This document shows positions 10,384 through 22,839 of a stretch of DNA of 38,851 nucleotides, piece after piece. A program made the position numbers and the translations under genes. A model generated the notes under the pieces. It was given only the letters and a program-made list of their open reading frames with translations, did not search any database and was not told the origin of the DNA. The stretch is from an uncultured Gemmatimonadota bacterium (GTDB lineage: Bacteria; GCA-2686955), in the NCBI GenBank assembly GCA_964490075.1, contig CAZBBK010000059.1, forward strand, positions 1 through 38,851, given 5' to 3'. Position 1 is the stretch's first letter, and every line of letters begins with the position of its first letter.

Positions 10384-11406
10384 ATGGATTACAGACAGGC
10401 CGGCGTGAACATCGACGAGGGCGTCGCCTGCGTCACCAAGATCAAGGAGGCGGTGCGTGCCACGCGGCGCCCCGGCGTGATCGGCGCCCTGGGCGGCTTC
10501 GGCGGGCTCTTCCACCTGAAGGAGGCCGGGTTTCGCGATCCGGTCCTGGTCTCGAGCGTCGACGGCGTCGGCACCAAGCTGATCGTCGCCGCGATGGCGG
10601 GACAGGTGCGCGGTCTCGGCATCGACCTGGTCCACCACTGCATCAACGACATCCTGGTCCACGGCGCAACTCCGCTCTTCTTCCTCGACTACGTGGCCAT
10701 GGGGCGGCTCGACTCCGATCGGGTGGCGCAGCTGATCGAGGGGCTCGCGAGCGCTTGCGCCGAGCACGATTGCGCATTGATCGGCGGCGAGACCGCCGAG
10801 ATGCCCGGGCTCTACCGAGACGACGACTTCGACCTCGTGGGCACGGTGGTGGGTGCGGTCGAGCGGCGCAAGATGTTGGACGGGAAGAAGGTCCGCGAGG
10901 GAGACGTGGCCGTGGGGCTTTTCTCCCGGGGGCTGCACACCAACGGCTACTCGTTGGCCCGCCGGATCCTCTTCGACCTCCAGGGCTTCGCGCCCGAGTC
11001 GGCGCTCTACGAGGGCGGACCGACGGTCGCGCAGACCCTGCTAGAGGTTCATCGCTGCTACGCGCCCGCGCTGCGACCGGCGCTCGAACGCGGCGATATC
11101 CACGCCCTGGCGCACATCACCGGCGGCGGCCTGCTGGACAACCTGCCACGGGCGATGCCGAAGGGGCTGGGCTGCTCGATCAACCGCGATGCCTGGGAGA
11201 CGCCGGTGCTCTTTCGGCGCCTGGCGGAATGGGGCGAAGTCGCGGAGCTGGAGATGTTCCGCACCTTCAACATGGGGATCGGGATGGTGGCCCTCTGCGC
11301 GCCCGAGAAGGCCGACGCGCTGCTGCGTGATGCCCGCGCCGTGGGCGATGAGGGCGCGGTGATCGGTAGCGTCGCCGGAGACGACCGAGCGCTCCGACTG
11401 GCCTGA
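10384..11406 (+). CDS. purM: Phosphoribosylformylglycinamidine cyclo-ligase (AIR synthetase)
   Basis: YRQAGVNI, GGFGGLF, VDGVGTKL, GATPLFFLDY, LIGGETAEMPGLY, GLHTNGYSL, AHITGGG, EMFRTFNMGIG. Confidence 0.98.
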   Translation: MDYRQAGVNIDEGVACVTKIKEAVRATRRPGVIGALGGFGGLFHLKEAGFRDPVLVSSVDGVGTKLIVAAMAGQVRGLGIDLVHHCINDILVHGATPLFFLDYVAMGRLDSDRVAQLIEGLASACAEHDCALIGGETAEMPGLYRDDDFDLVGTVVGAVERRKMLDGKKVREGDVAVGLFSRGLHTNGYSLARRILFDLQGFAPESALYEGGPTVAQTLLEVHRCYAPALRPALERGDIHALAHITGGGLLDNLPRAMPKGLGCSINRDAWETPVLFRRLAEWGEVAELEMFRTFNMGIGMVALCAPEKADALLRDARAVGDEGAVIGSVAGDDRALRLA

Positions 11407-11584
11407 TCCCTCCGCCGGCTCCACCACGCGCACCAGTTGCGCGTGACCCCAGCGAGCGAGTTGTCCTGCTGCGCAGTCCGACGACCGGTGGAGGGGCAGG
11501 GGGCGGTCGGCTACATGGCACGACCGCCAAAGATCCTGGACAGCGCCGCGAGGCGGGGGTGCCGGGTGGTTGCGGCCGTGGCGG

Positions 11585-11599
11585 TGGCACATCCCTTGC
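11585..11599 (+). promoter_or_regulatory. Sigma-54 (RpoN) -24/-12 promoter
   Basis: TGGCAC-ATCCC-TTGC matches TGGCAC-N5-TTGC with correct GG-N10-GC spacing; intergenic, oriented toward the activator gene. Confidence 0.8.
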
Positions 11600-11723
11600 C
11601 CTTTCGCGGGGTCCACCCCGGGCGGCGAGCAACCACCCCGCCGGCTCCGGGCTCTCGCGGACGGTCGCTCTCTCGCACCCGAGTGTCATCGGGGTCGCCG
11701 TTCAAACCTGGGAGGACGCCTCC

Positions 11724-13091
11724 GTGGAAGATGCTGCTCGAGTTCTGCTCGTCGATTTGGCCGCTGGCCACGCATTGGGAATCGCCGCCGGCCTGGAGAG
11801 CTCGGGCATTCGGGTGAGCACCGAGACATCGGTTCATCGGCTGGGGCGCTCGCTGGGCGCCGCCGATCTGGTGGTCGTGGTCCATCGCGCCGAGGACCAC
11901 GTGGCGGAGGGGGTGCGTCAGGCCCTGCACCAGGCCCGGCCGGGCCTCGCGGCGCTCTTCCTGCCGATCAGCAGCAGGCCCGCCACGGCGGCCCTGCTCG
12001 ACATGGCGCGCAGGATCGAGCGCGAGCTCTCGCGCGTCACCAGCTCCGAGCTGATCCCGCTCAACTTTCGGCCCGCCAAGCACCTCGGCTGCCTGATCGG
12101 CACCAGCTCGGCGATGCGCGAAGTCTACGCGGCGATCGGAGCGGTCGCCCCGACCTCCGTGTCGGTGCTGATCCACGGCGCCAGCGGCACCGGCAAGGAG
12201 CTGGTCGCGCAGGCGCTCCACGAGCATTCCTCGCGCGCCGCGGGTCCCCTGGTCCGCGTGAACTGCGCGGCTCTGCCCGCCTCGCTGCTCGAGTCCGAGC
12301 TCTTCGGCCACCAACGTGGAGCCTTCACCGGCGCCTCTCACGATCGCGCCGGCCGCTTCGAAGCGGCCGGGGGGGGCTCGCTCTTCCTCGACGAGATCGA
12401 CTCGGCCGAGCCGGCGCTCCAGGGGAAGCTGCTGCGCGTCATCGAGCACAAGGAGTACCAGCGCCTGGGCGATAATCGCACCCGGCGCGCCGACGTGCGG
12501 ATCATCGCCGCCACCAACGCCGATCTTCCCGACCTGGCGCGGCGTGGCGAGTTCCGGCCCGATCTCTACTACCGCCTGGCGGCGATGGAGCTGAGGCTGC
12601 CGCCTCTGCGCGACCGCGGAGACGACCTGCTGCAGCTCACCGCCGAAGCGGTGCGGCGCCTGAATCGAGAGATCGGCCGCTCGGTGACCACGATCCGCCG
12701 ATCGGCGCTGGTGCGGCTGCTGGACCACGCCTGGCCCGGCAACGTCCGCGAGCTCAACAACGTGCTGTGCCGCGCGCTCTTGCGCGGCGACGCGCGCAGC
12801 ATCGAGCCCGAACATCTGCCGCTGCTGCAGCCGCCGCGCCGGACCGAGCCGGAAGCGGTCGCCTGTCAGGCCACCGACGAGCTGCGCGAGGCCATATCGA
12901 GCCTGGTAGCCGGGGCCCCCGACGATCTCTACCGCCGAGTTATCGACGAGACCGAGAGGCAGCTCTTGGGGCTGGTGCTGCGCGAGCATCGCGGCAACAT
13001 CCGCCAGGCCTCCCAGGTACTGGGCATCGCTCGCAACACCCTGAAGGAGAGGATCCGGCGCTTCGATCTCTTGCGCCGCGGGGAAATCTGA
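11724..13091 (+). CDS. Sigma-54-dependent Fis-family activator (bEBP) with degenerate receiver-like N-terminus
   Basis: Walker A GASGTGKE, VNCAAL, ESELFGHQRGAFTGA, Walker B LFLDEI, FRPDLYYRL, WPGNVREL, HTH GNIRQASQVLGIARNTL. GTG 11724 follows GGAGG at 11711-11715. Confidence 0.95.
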   Translation: MEDAARVLLVDLAAGHALGIAAGLESSGIRVSTETSVHRLGRSLGAADLVVVVHRAEDHVAEGVRQALHQARPGLAALFLPISSRPATAALLDMARRIERELSRVTSSELIPLNFRPAKHLGCLIGTSSAMREVYAAIGAVAPTSVSVLIHGASGTGKELVAQALHEHSSRAAGPLVRVNCAALPASLLESELFGHQRGAFTGASHDRAGRFEAAGGGSLFLDEIDSAEPALQGKLLRVIEHKEYQRLGDNRTRRADVRIIAATNADLPDLARRGEFRPDLYYRLAAMELRLPPLRDRGDDLLQLTAEAVRRLNREIGRSVTTIRRSALVRLLDHAWPGNVRELNNVLCRALLRGDARSIEPEHLPLLQPPRRTEPEAVACQATDELREAISSLVAGAPDDLYRRVIDETERQLLGLVLREHRGNIRQASQVLGIARNTLKERIRRFDLLRRGEI

Positions 13092-13177
13092 AGACGTCGG
13101 CGGTTCTGAATCCCCCTTTTCGGTCGATAAACTCGTAGGCTGCGGAGCAGTAGCTCGAATCCCACGGGGCCTTCACA

Positions 13178-15412
13178 ATGAACGAGTTCATCGACCGCGT
13201 CCGTGACCAGATTCGCGAGCAGTTCGACTCCTCTGGTCGCCTGCTCAGCTTTCACGAGTACCTCGATCTGGTCGAGCAGTCCCCCTACCCGCACCTGCGC
13301 TCGGCGGCTCAGTACTGCGCCGACATGTTCGACCACTTCGGGCGCTACCGGGTGCGCGGGATCGGCGGGTCGCAGCAGCGCTTCCGCATCTTCGACGCGC
13401 CTTTCGGCGGCGATGCGGTGTTCGGCCAGGAAGAGGTGCAGGGAGAGCTGTATCGCTGTCTGCAGGCCTTTGCCGAGGACGGCCGACCCGACAAGCTGGT
13501 CGTGCTGACCGGGCCCAACGGCTCGTCCAAGAGCTCGCTGGTCGACCTGATCTTCCGCGGCATGGAGGCCTACTCGAAGTCGTCGCACGGCGCCCTCTAT
13601 CGCTTCAACTGGATCTTCCCGAACCGCAAGATCGTTGGCGAGTCGATCGGCTTCGGGGCCGGCACCGGTCGCGGCGACGGCGCCTCTTTCGCCCGTCTGA
13701 CCCAGAAGGAGATCCAGGCCAAGCTGCCCTGCGAGCTCAAGGATCATCCGATCCTGCTGCTGCCCAAGCCCGCCCGTGAGAAGCTCCTGGAAGGTCTCGA
13801 GAGCGAGGGCCGATTGCAGCGCGGACTGCGCTTCATCCTCGACGACGAGCTGTGCGCCAAGTGCCGCAGCATCTACGAGGCGCTGCTCGACGACTACTCG
13901 GGCGATTGGGCCTCGGTGATCCAGCACGTCCAGATCCAGCGCTACACCGTCAGTCGTCGCTACCGGGTCGGTGCGGTGACCATCGAGCCCCAGAGCAACA
14001 TCGACGCCTCGGCCCGCCAGGTGACCGCCGACCACAGCCTGGCCAACCTGCCGCCCAGCCTGCAGAACCTCAGCCTGGTCGAGCCGGCGGGCGATCTGAT
14101 CGACGCCAGTGGCGGGGCGATCGAGTACTCCGATCTGCTGAAGCGTTCGGTGGAAGCCAACAAGTACCTGCTCACGACCTGCGAGAAGAGGACCATCTCG
14201 CTGCCCGGCTTCATGGCCTACCTGAACGTGGTGATGTTCGCCACCACCAACGAGAAGCAGCTCGACCAGTTCAAGCAGGATCGCATCTTCACCTCCTTCA
14301 AGGGCCGCATGGAGCTGATTCCCACGCCCTATCTGCTGGAGCTCGCGAAGGAGGGGCAGATCTACGAGCGCTTCCTGGGCCGCATCGGCAAGCGTCGCCA
14401 CATCGCCCCGGGCAGCAGCCGCGCGGCGGCTCTCTGGGCCATCCTGACCCGCCTCAACCGCCCGGTCCCCGATCGCTACGAGACCGCCCAGAAGGGCGGC
14501 ATCGCCAAGCTGGCGCCGATCGAGAAGCTCATGCTCTACGACTCCGGCAGCGCGCCCCGCCGCCTGCCCGCCGACGCCCGCCGCAAGCTCGTCGCGACAC
14601 TGCCCGCGCTGCGCGACGAGTACAAAGACACCGTGCACTACGAGGGCCGTTACGGCATCTCGCCGCGCGAGGTGCGCGCCGTCCTGGTCGAGGCCGCGGC
14701 CAACACCGACTACCCCTGCATCGGACCCCAGGCGGTCATCGAGGAGCTGGCCTCGCTGGTCAAGAACAAGACCCTCTACGACTTCCTGCAGATCGAGGCC
14801 TCCGGCGGCTACCACGACATCGAGGAGTTCATCCGCTGCACCCGGCGCGACGCGCTGGCACGCATCGACGAGCAGCTGATCGATGCGGTGGGCTTGGTTC
14901 GAGAAGAGGAGTACGACACCCGCTTCGACCGCTACTTCCGCCACGTCAACGCCCAGCTGCGCAAAGAGAAGGTCCGCAACGAATCGACCGGCCAGCTCGA
15001 GGAGCCCGATGCGGCACTCATGGCGGGCATGGAAGAGCTCTTCGAACTGCCCGACGACATCAAGCCCGAGGTCTTCCGCAAGGACTTCCTGCTGCGTGTC
15101 GGAAGCTGGGCACACGAGCATCCAAATCTCGATGTTACAGAGAATTACAGGGAAATCTTCGAGGATCTCTTCGGAAGCATGAAGCGCAAGATCCGCGACG
15201 AGAACCAGGCCCGGGTCCGGCGCTTGCGCGGCGATGTCTTGACGCTGGGCTCCGACGACGAGCCCTCGCTCTCGCAAGCGCGCCGCAGCGCGGCCGAGTC
15301 GGCGCTCGCCCGCCTGATCGAGCACCACGGCTACTGCGATGCCTGCGCCAAGGCCGCGATCGTCTTCCTGATCAAGCACGAGAGCGAGCTCGAATCCGGC
15401 GCCAAGAGCTGA
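13178..15412 (+). CDS. PrkA/YeaG-family AAA ATPase (annotated family: serine protein kinase)
   Basis: [10 protein letters not shown]...[23 protein letters not shown]-loop, [19 protein letters not shown]...[21 protein letters not shown]...E, C-terminal GYCDACA. Confidence 0.88.
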   Translation: MNEFIDRVRDQIREQFDSSGRLLSFHEYLDLVEQSPYPHLRSAAQYCADMFDHFGRYRVRGIGGSQQRFRIFDAPFGGDAVFGQEEVQGELYRCLQAFAEDGRPDKLVVLTGPNGSSKSSLVDLIFRGMEAYSKSSHGALYRFNWIFPNRKIVGESIGFGAGTGRGDGASFARLTQKEIQAKLPCELKDHPILLLPKPAREKLLEGLESEGRLQRGLRFILDDELCAKCRSIYEALLDDYSGDWASVIQHVQIQRYTVSRRYRVGAVTIEPQSNIDASARQVTADHSLANLPPSLQNLSLVEPAGDLIDASGGAIEYSDLLKRSVEANKYLLTTCEKRTISLPGFMAYLNVVMFATTNEKQLDQFKQDRIFTSFKGRMELIPTPYLLELAKEGQIYERFLGRIGKRRHIAPGSSRAAALWAILTRLNRPVPDRYETAQKGGIAKLAPIEKLMLYDSGSAPRRLPADARRKLVATLPALRDEYKDTVHYEGRYGISPREVRAVLVEAAANTDYPCIGPQAVIEELASLVKNKTLYDFLQIEASGGYHDIEEFIRCTRRDALARIDEQLIDAVGLVREEEYDTRFDRYFRHVNAQLRKEKVRNESTGQLEEPDAALMAGMEELFELPDDIKPEVFRKDFLLRVGSWAHEHPNLDVTENYREIFEDLFGSMKRKIRDENQARVRRLRGDVLTLGSDDEPSLSQARRSAAESALARLIEHHGYCDACAKAAIVFLIKHESELESGAKS

Positions 15413-15533
15413 TCGATCCGCTCGCGCTTTCTCGAAAGCCTCCTTCCAGGCTAGGATCCTCCGATCGAAGCCCGCGCAGGGGGGCGGTCATCGGGCGGCC
15501 GGCGCTCCCCGCGGGCGGGCGAAAGGAGCGTCT

Positions 15534-17087
15534 TTGTCCAACCAAGAGAAGCTCGAGAAGCTGCAGGCCATGGATGGTCTGGCCATGGAGGGCGGCGGCG
15601 AGGCGCGCGTGCAGCGCCAGCACGAGGCCGGCAAGCTGACCGCCAGAGAGCGCCTGGGACTGCTGCTCGATCCGGGCAGCTTTCACGAAATCGACCGCTT
15701 CGTGACCCATCGCTGCACCGACTTCGGCATGGAAGAGAAGAAGTTCGTCGGCGACGGCGTGGTCACCGGATACGGTGCGATCGACGGCCGCCAGGTCTTC
15801 GTCTTCTCGCACGACTTCACGATCCTCGGCGGCTCCCTCTCGCTCGCCTTTGCCGAGCGGATCTGCAAGATCATGGATCTGGCGATCAAGACCGGCACCC
15901 CGGTGATCGGTCTCAACGACTCCGGCGGGGCGCGCATCCAGGAAGGAGTCGACAGCCTCGGCGGCTACGCCGAGATCTTCCTGCGCAACACCCTGGCATC
16001 GGGCGTCGTGCCGCAGATCTCCGCGATCCTCGGGCCCTGCGCGGGCGGCGCGGTCTACTCGCCCGCGCTCACCGATTTCACCTTCATGGTCGACGGCACC
16101 AGCTACATGTATGTCACCGGCCCCGACGTGGTGAAGACCGTGACCCAGGAAGAGGTCACCCACGATCAGCTCGGCGGCGGCAAGACCCATACCCGCACCA
16201 GCGGCGTGGCGCATTTCCTGAGCGCGACCGACGCCGAGTGCCTGAGCGAGGTGCGCCGCCTGATGAGCTTCCTGCCCTCGAACAACGCCGAACGGCCGCC
16301 GCGTCGCGATCGACCCGGCGATCGGCCGGCGACCCTGGCGGAGGAGCTCGCCGGGCTCATGCCCGAATCCCCCAGCCAGCCCTACGACATCAAGGGGGTG
16401 ATCACCCGGGTGGTGGACGCAGGCGACTTCATGGAGGTGCAGCCGGAGTTCGGCGCCAACATCGTGGTCGGCTTCGCGCGCATGGCCGGAGAGTCGGTGG
16501 GGATCATCGCCAATCAGCCGATGGTGCTGGCCGGGGTCCTCGACATCAACTCCTCCACCAAAGCCGGGCGCTTTATTCGCTTTTGCGACTGCTTCAACAT
16601 CCCGCTCTTGACCTTCGTCGATGTGCCCGGGTTCATGCCGGGAACCGCCCAGGAGTACGGAGGGATCATCCGCCACGGCGCCAAGCTGCTCTACGCCTAC
16701 TGCGAGGCGACCGTGCCGAAGATCACGCTGGTCACCCGCAAGGCCTACGGCGGCGCCTACGATGTGATGAGCTCCAAGCACATCCGCGGCGACGTCAACC
16801 TGGCCTGGCCGACCGGCGAGCTGGCGGTGATGGGGCCGGAGGGGGCGGTGCGGATCGTGCACCGGGCGGCCCTCGCTCGAGCCGAGGATCCGGCCGCGCT
16901 GGAGGCGGAGCTGGCCGAGGAGTTCCGCGACAAGTTCGCCAATCCCTACGTCGCCGCCTCGCGCGGCTATGTCGACGAGGTGATCCACCCCCGCGATACC
17001 CGCGCGCGCATCATCGCCAGCCTGCGCATGCTGCGCGACAAGCGCGACGAGAACCCGCCGCGAAAGCACGGCAACATCCCCCTTTGA
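15534..17087 (+). CDS. pccB: Propionyl-/acyl-CoA carboxylase carboxyltransferase (beta) subunit
   Basis: [74 protein letters not shown] before TTG. Confidence 0.95.
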   Translation: MSNQEKLEKLQAMDGLAMEGGGEARVQRQHEAGKLTARERLGLLLDPGSFHEIDRFVTHRCTDFGMEEKKFVGDGVVTGYGAIDGRQVFVFSHDFTILGGSLSLAFAERICKIMDLAIKTGTPVIGLNDSGGARIQEGVDSLGGYAEIFLRNTLASGVVPQISAILGPCAGGAVYSPALTDFTFMVDGTSYMYVTGPDVVKTVTQEEVTHDQLGGGKTHTRTSGVAHFLSATDAECLSEVRRLMSFLPSNNAERPPRRDRPGDRPATLAEELAGLMPESPSQPYDIKGVITRVVDAGDFMEVQPEFGANIVVGFARMAGESVGIIANQPMVLAGVLDINSSTKAGRFIRFCDCFNIPLLTFVDVPGFMPGTAQEYGGIIRHGAKLLYAYCEATVPKITLVTRKAYGGAYDVMSSKHIRGDVNLAWPTGELAVMGPEGAVRIVHRAALARAEDPAALEAELAEEFRDKFANPYVAASRGYVDEVIHPRDTRARIIASLRMLRDKRDENPPRKHGNIPL

Positions 17088-17097
17088 GAACCAGTCG

Positions 17098-18590
<1,493 letters not shown>

Positions 18591-18594
<4 letters not shown>

Positions 18595-19114
18595 ACTACG
18601 AGGTGGAAGTGGCCGGGCGGATCTACCAGATCCGGGCCGAGCGCGGAGAGCAGGGGCTGGAGCTGGCGGTCGAAGGCGATCCACGTCCGATCGATTGCTG
18701 GCAGCGCGAGACCGATGCGATCTACTTCGTGCGCCTCGGCGATTCCACGATTGGAATCCATCTCTCGAGCGTCGATCGCACCCACCTGGAGGTGCGCGCG
18801 GCGGGTACCACCTTTCCGGTCCGGGTCGAGGACGAGCGCGAGCTCCATCTGCGCGCCCTCGGTGCGGTCGGCCGCAGCGAGGCGGCGCAGGGCCAGGAAG
18901 TAAGGGCGCCGATGCCGGGCCGGGTGGTGGCGCTGTCCGTTGCCGCGGGCGATTCGGTCGAGAAGGGCCAGACCGTGGTGGTTCTGGAAGCGATGAAGAT
19001 GGAGAACGAGATCCGCGCCGAGGCCGCCGGCCGGGTGGCGATGCTCGAGGTGAGCACCGGGGACAACGTCGACATGGGGCAGGCGCTGGTGCGCATCGAG
19101 GCCCCGGAGAGCGA

Positions 19115-19118
<4 letters not shown>
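18591..19118 (+). CDS. Biotin carboxyl carrier protein with N-terminal beta-rich (BT-like) domain
   Basis: [18 protein letters not shown] biotinylation motif; ATGA overlap with the biotin carboxylase stop. Confidence 0.95.
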
Positions 19119-20758
<1,640 letters not shown>

Positions 20759-20791
20759 AATCGGGTTACCAAAGCACGGGATAACACCGAC

Positions 20792-20820
20792 TTGACGGCA
20801 TCGGGGGCTTGCTCCATAAT
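20792..20820 (+). promoter_or_regulatory. Sigma-70 promoter for the Asp-box/CTD gene
   Basis: TTGACG, 17-nt spacer, CATAAT. Confidence 0.7.
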
Positions 20821-21009
20821 GCGCCGCACTCTTCGGGGAAATGCGTTGTGGCGCAAACGGTTGCCGCGAATTCGCCGGGGCCGCGAACGCCACGCCGGGC
20901 GCCTGACCCCGTGGTCGAATTGCCGGGAGAGATCGCACCGCGTGTCGAAAATCGGGTCTTGCGGCGGCAGGAGCCTCCACCCGGCCAGACTCTTACAGGA
21001 GCTAGAAGC

Positions 21010-22662
21010 ATGAAGTTTGCGCTCGCCGTAGCGGCGACCCTCGGCGCCCTCGTCTTCGCGTCCAGCGGCGCTTCCGCCGCCCCGACCTGGACCCTGCTCG
21101 CCGACTTCGACAAGGAAGCGACCGTCCTGACGGTTCAACCGGACGATGCCCAGACCCTGTGGGCCGCCTTCCGCACCACCGTCGCCGACAGCGCCGGGGT
21201 CTGGACCAGCGCCGACGGCGGCGCCACCTGGAGCCTCGCCTTCGACAGCCAGGGCGTGATCGTCAACGCCGTCGCCGTCGATCCCGAGAATCCCAGCTAC
21301 GTCTGGGTCGGCAAGGATGCCAACAAGGCCAACGTGTCGACCGACGGCGGCACCACCTGGAACGAAATCACCGGTTTCGGGTTTGGTAACAAGGTCTTCG
21401 ACATCGCGATCCCGAACGGCAACGACCCGGTCCTCGGCCCCTACCGCGTCTACTTCGCGACCACCAACGGCGTCTACTACACGCTCGACGGCGGTCAGAC
21501 CTTGACCCAGGTCTCCGGCCTGATCCCGATGAACCATATCGCGGTCTGCCCCGATGACCACCTGACGGTTTGGGCGGGCACCAAGGGTGCGGGGGGCTTG
21601 AGCTTCACCACCGACGGCGGAGCCACCTGGACCGACATCGACACCGCCAACTTCAACGACAAGGACCGGGCCCGCGGTCTGGGCATCAACGGCAACGACT
21701 GCGCCGAGATCCTGTTCAGCGCCTGGACTCCGAACCAGAGTCCCTACACCGGCATCACCACCGACAGCGGAACCACCTGGACCGAGCTCGATGTCGGCAC
21801 CGGTGAGGGCGTCATGGTCAACACCGCCGCCAACGGCACCTTCTACGGTGTCGCAGGCGGAGAGGGTGGGGTCTTCTTCTCCTCGACGGGCATGGCCTTC
21901 GACGCCTTCCCCGACGGGCTGGCCGACTTCCCGGTGCTGGTCGCTGGCGCCGCCGACGACGGAATGGATCTCTACTGCGCCACCGAGACCAAGATCTACT
22001 CCATGACCGCGAACTTCCATCCCGGGGCGCCGACCGGCATCGAAGCGGCCTGCTCCGGCGAGGACGAGGTCACGGTGAACTGGGACACGGTGACGCTCAA
22101 CGCCGACGGCAGCCTGGCCGACGACCTGGCCGGCTACGTGATCTGGGCCATCGTCCCGCCCTTCAGCCAGAACCGCGACACGGTCGACGTGGTGGCGGAT
22201 CCTCTGGCGACCGAGTACGTGCACACCAACTCGATCTTCCCGGTGCTGCAGTACACGGTGAGCGCTTACGACTCCGCCGGTATCGGCGGCGCCGAGGGTG
22301 ATGCCGGCGACGTGATCCTGATTCCCGACGACTGTGAGACCGGCATCGAAGACGGCGTGCCCGGCCTCGGGGCGGGCCTCACGGCGCTGGCGCAGAACAG
22401 CCCCAATCCCTTCAATCCGCGCACCGCGATCGACTACCAGGTCGCCGAGTCCGAGGCTGGCCAGCCGCTCTCGCTGGCGGTCTATGACGCGCGTGGCAGC
22501 CTGGTCCGCAGGCTGGTCGATGGCCCCGCCCTCGCCGGCAGTCACCGGACCAGCTGGGACGGCAAGGACGCCTCTGGCAACACCGTTGCTTCGGGTGCCT
22601 ACTTCGCTCGTCTGAGCGTCGGGTCGGTCCACCAGGTGCGCTCGATGCTCCTGGTGAAGTAG
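21010..22662 (+). CDS. Secreted BNR/Asp-box beta-propeller protein with FN3-like domain and FlgD-Ig/T9SS-type C-terminal domain
   Basis: Signal peptide MKFALAVAATLGALVFASSGASA; Asp-boxes SADGGATW, STDGGTTW, TLDGGQTL, TTDGGATW, TTDSGTTW; FN3-like VTVNWD...GYVIW...YTVSAYD; CTD QNSPNPFNP...WDGKD...ASGAYF...SMLLVK; AGGAG SD. Confidence 0.85.
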   Translation: MKFALAVAATLGALVFASSGASAAPTWTLLADFDKEATVLTVQPDDAQTLWAAFRTTVADSAGVWTSADGGATWSLAFDSQGVIVNAVAVDPENPSYVWVGKDANKANVSTDGGTTWNEITGFGFGNKVFDIAIPNGNDPVLGPYRVYFATTNGVYYTLDGGQTLTQVSGLIPMNHIAVCPDDHLTVWAGTKGAGGLSFTTDGGATWTDIDTANFNDKDRARGLGINGNDCAEILFSAWTPNQSPYTGITTDSGTTWTELDVGTGEGVMVNTAANGTFYGVAGGEGGVFFSSTGMAFDAFPDGLADFPVLVAGAADDGMDLYCATETKIYSMTANFHPGAPTGIEAACSGEDEVTVNWDTVTLNADGSLADDLAGYVIWAIVPPFSQNRDTVDVVADPLATEYVHTNSIFPVLQYTVSAYDSAGIGGAEGDAGDVILIPDDCETGIEDGVPGLGAGLTALAQNSPNPFNPRTAIDYQVAESEAGQPLSLAVYDARGSLVRRLVDGPALAGSHRTSWDGKDASGNTVASGAYFARLSVGSVHQVRSMLLVK

Positions 22663-22691
22663 CAAGGCGCGAACAGTCGCCCTGATCCGCG

Positions 22692-22750
22692 GGGGCGATC
22701 GCGACCGCCGGGCGTCTTGGGCGCTCGGCCGTCGCGGTCGCCCCTTCTTC
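22692..22750 (+). terminator. Intrinsic terminator-like hairpin
   Basis: 25-nt arms GGGGCGATCGCGACCGCCGGGCGTC / GGCGCTCGGCCGTCGCGGTCGCCCC (one mismatch, three G-U pairs), TTG loop, then TTCTTC. Confidence 0.7.
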
Positions 22751-22839
22751 ATTGGGGTCCAAAGCCCGGAGCTTCGCCCACTGCGCCGGAACCCTTTCTG
22801 CTAAAGTCCCGGATTTCAGACCCCCGACCGGTTTCCACG

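Noticed and set aside
11516-11530. Second TGGCAC upstream of the bEBP gene
   Set aside because: No GC at the -12 position (TGGCACGACCGCCAA).
12929-15379. Long antisense ORFs (816 aa here; also 1883-3820, 15372-17171, 17011-19239, 18722-20980, 20755-22752, 29589-31520, 36629-38506)
   Set aside because: Shadow frames of real + strand genes, expected in high-GC DNA with strong codon bias; no motifs.
20849-20864. Sigma-54-like TGGCGC-AAACGG-TTGC in the leader of the 21010 gene
   Set aside because: GG-to-GC spacing is 11, not the strictly required 10; a good sigma-70 promoter lies just upstream.
22663-22839. Glycine riboswitch expected upstream of gcvT
   Set aside because: No GGAGA...CCGAAG...CTCTCAGG aptamer pattern; the region is explained by a terminator hairpin. 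The isolated CGCCGAAGG at 24403 lacks the rest of the aptamer.
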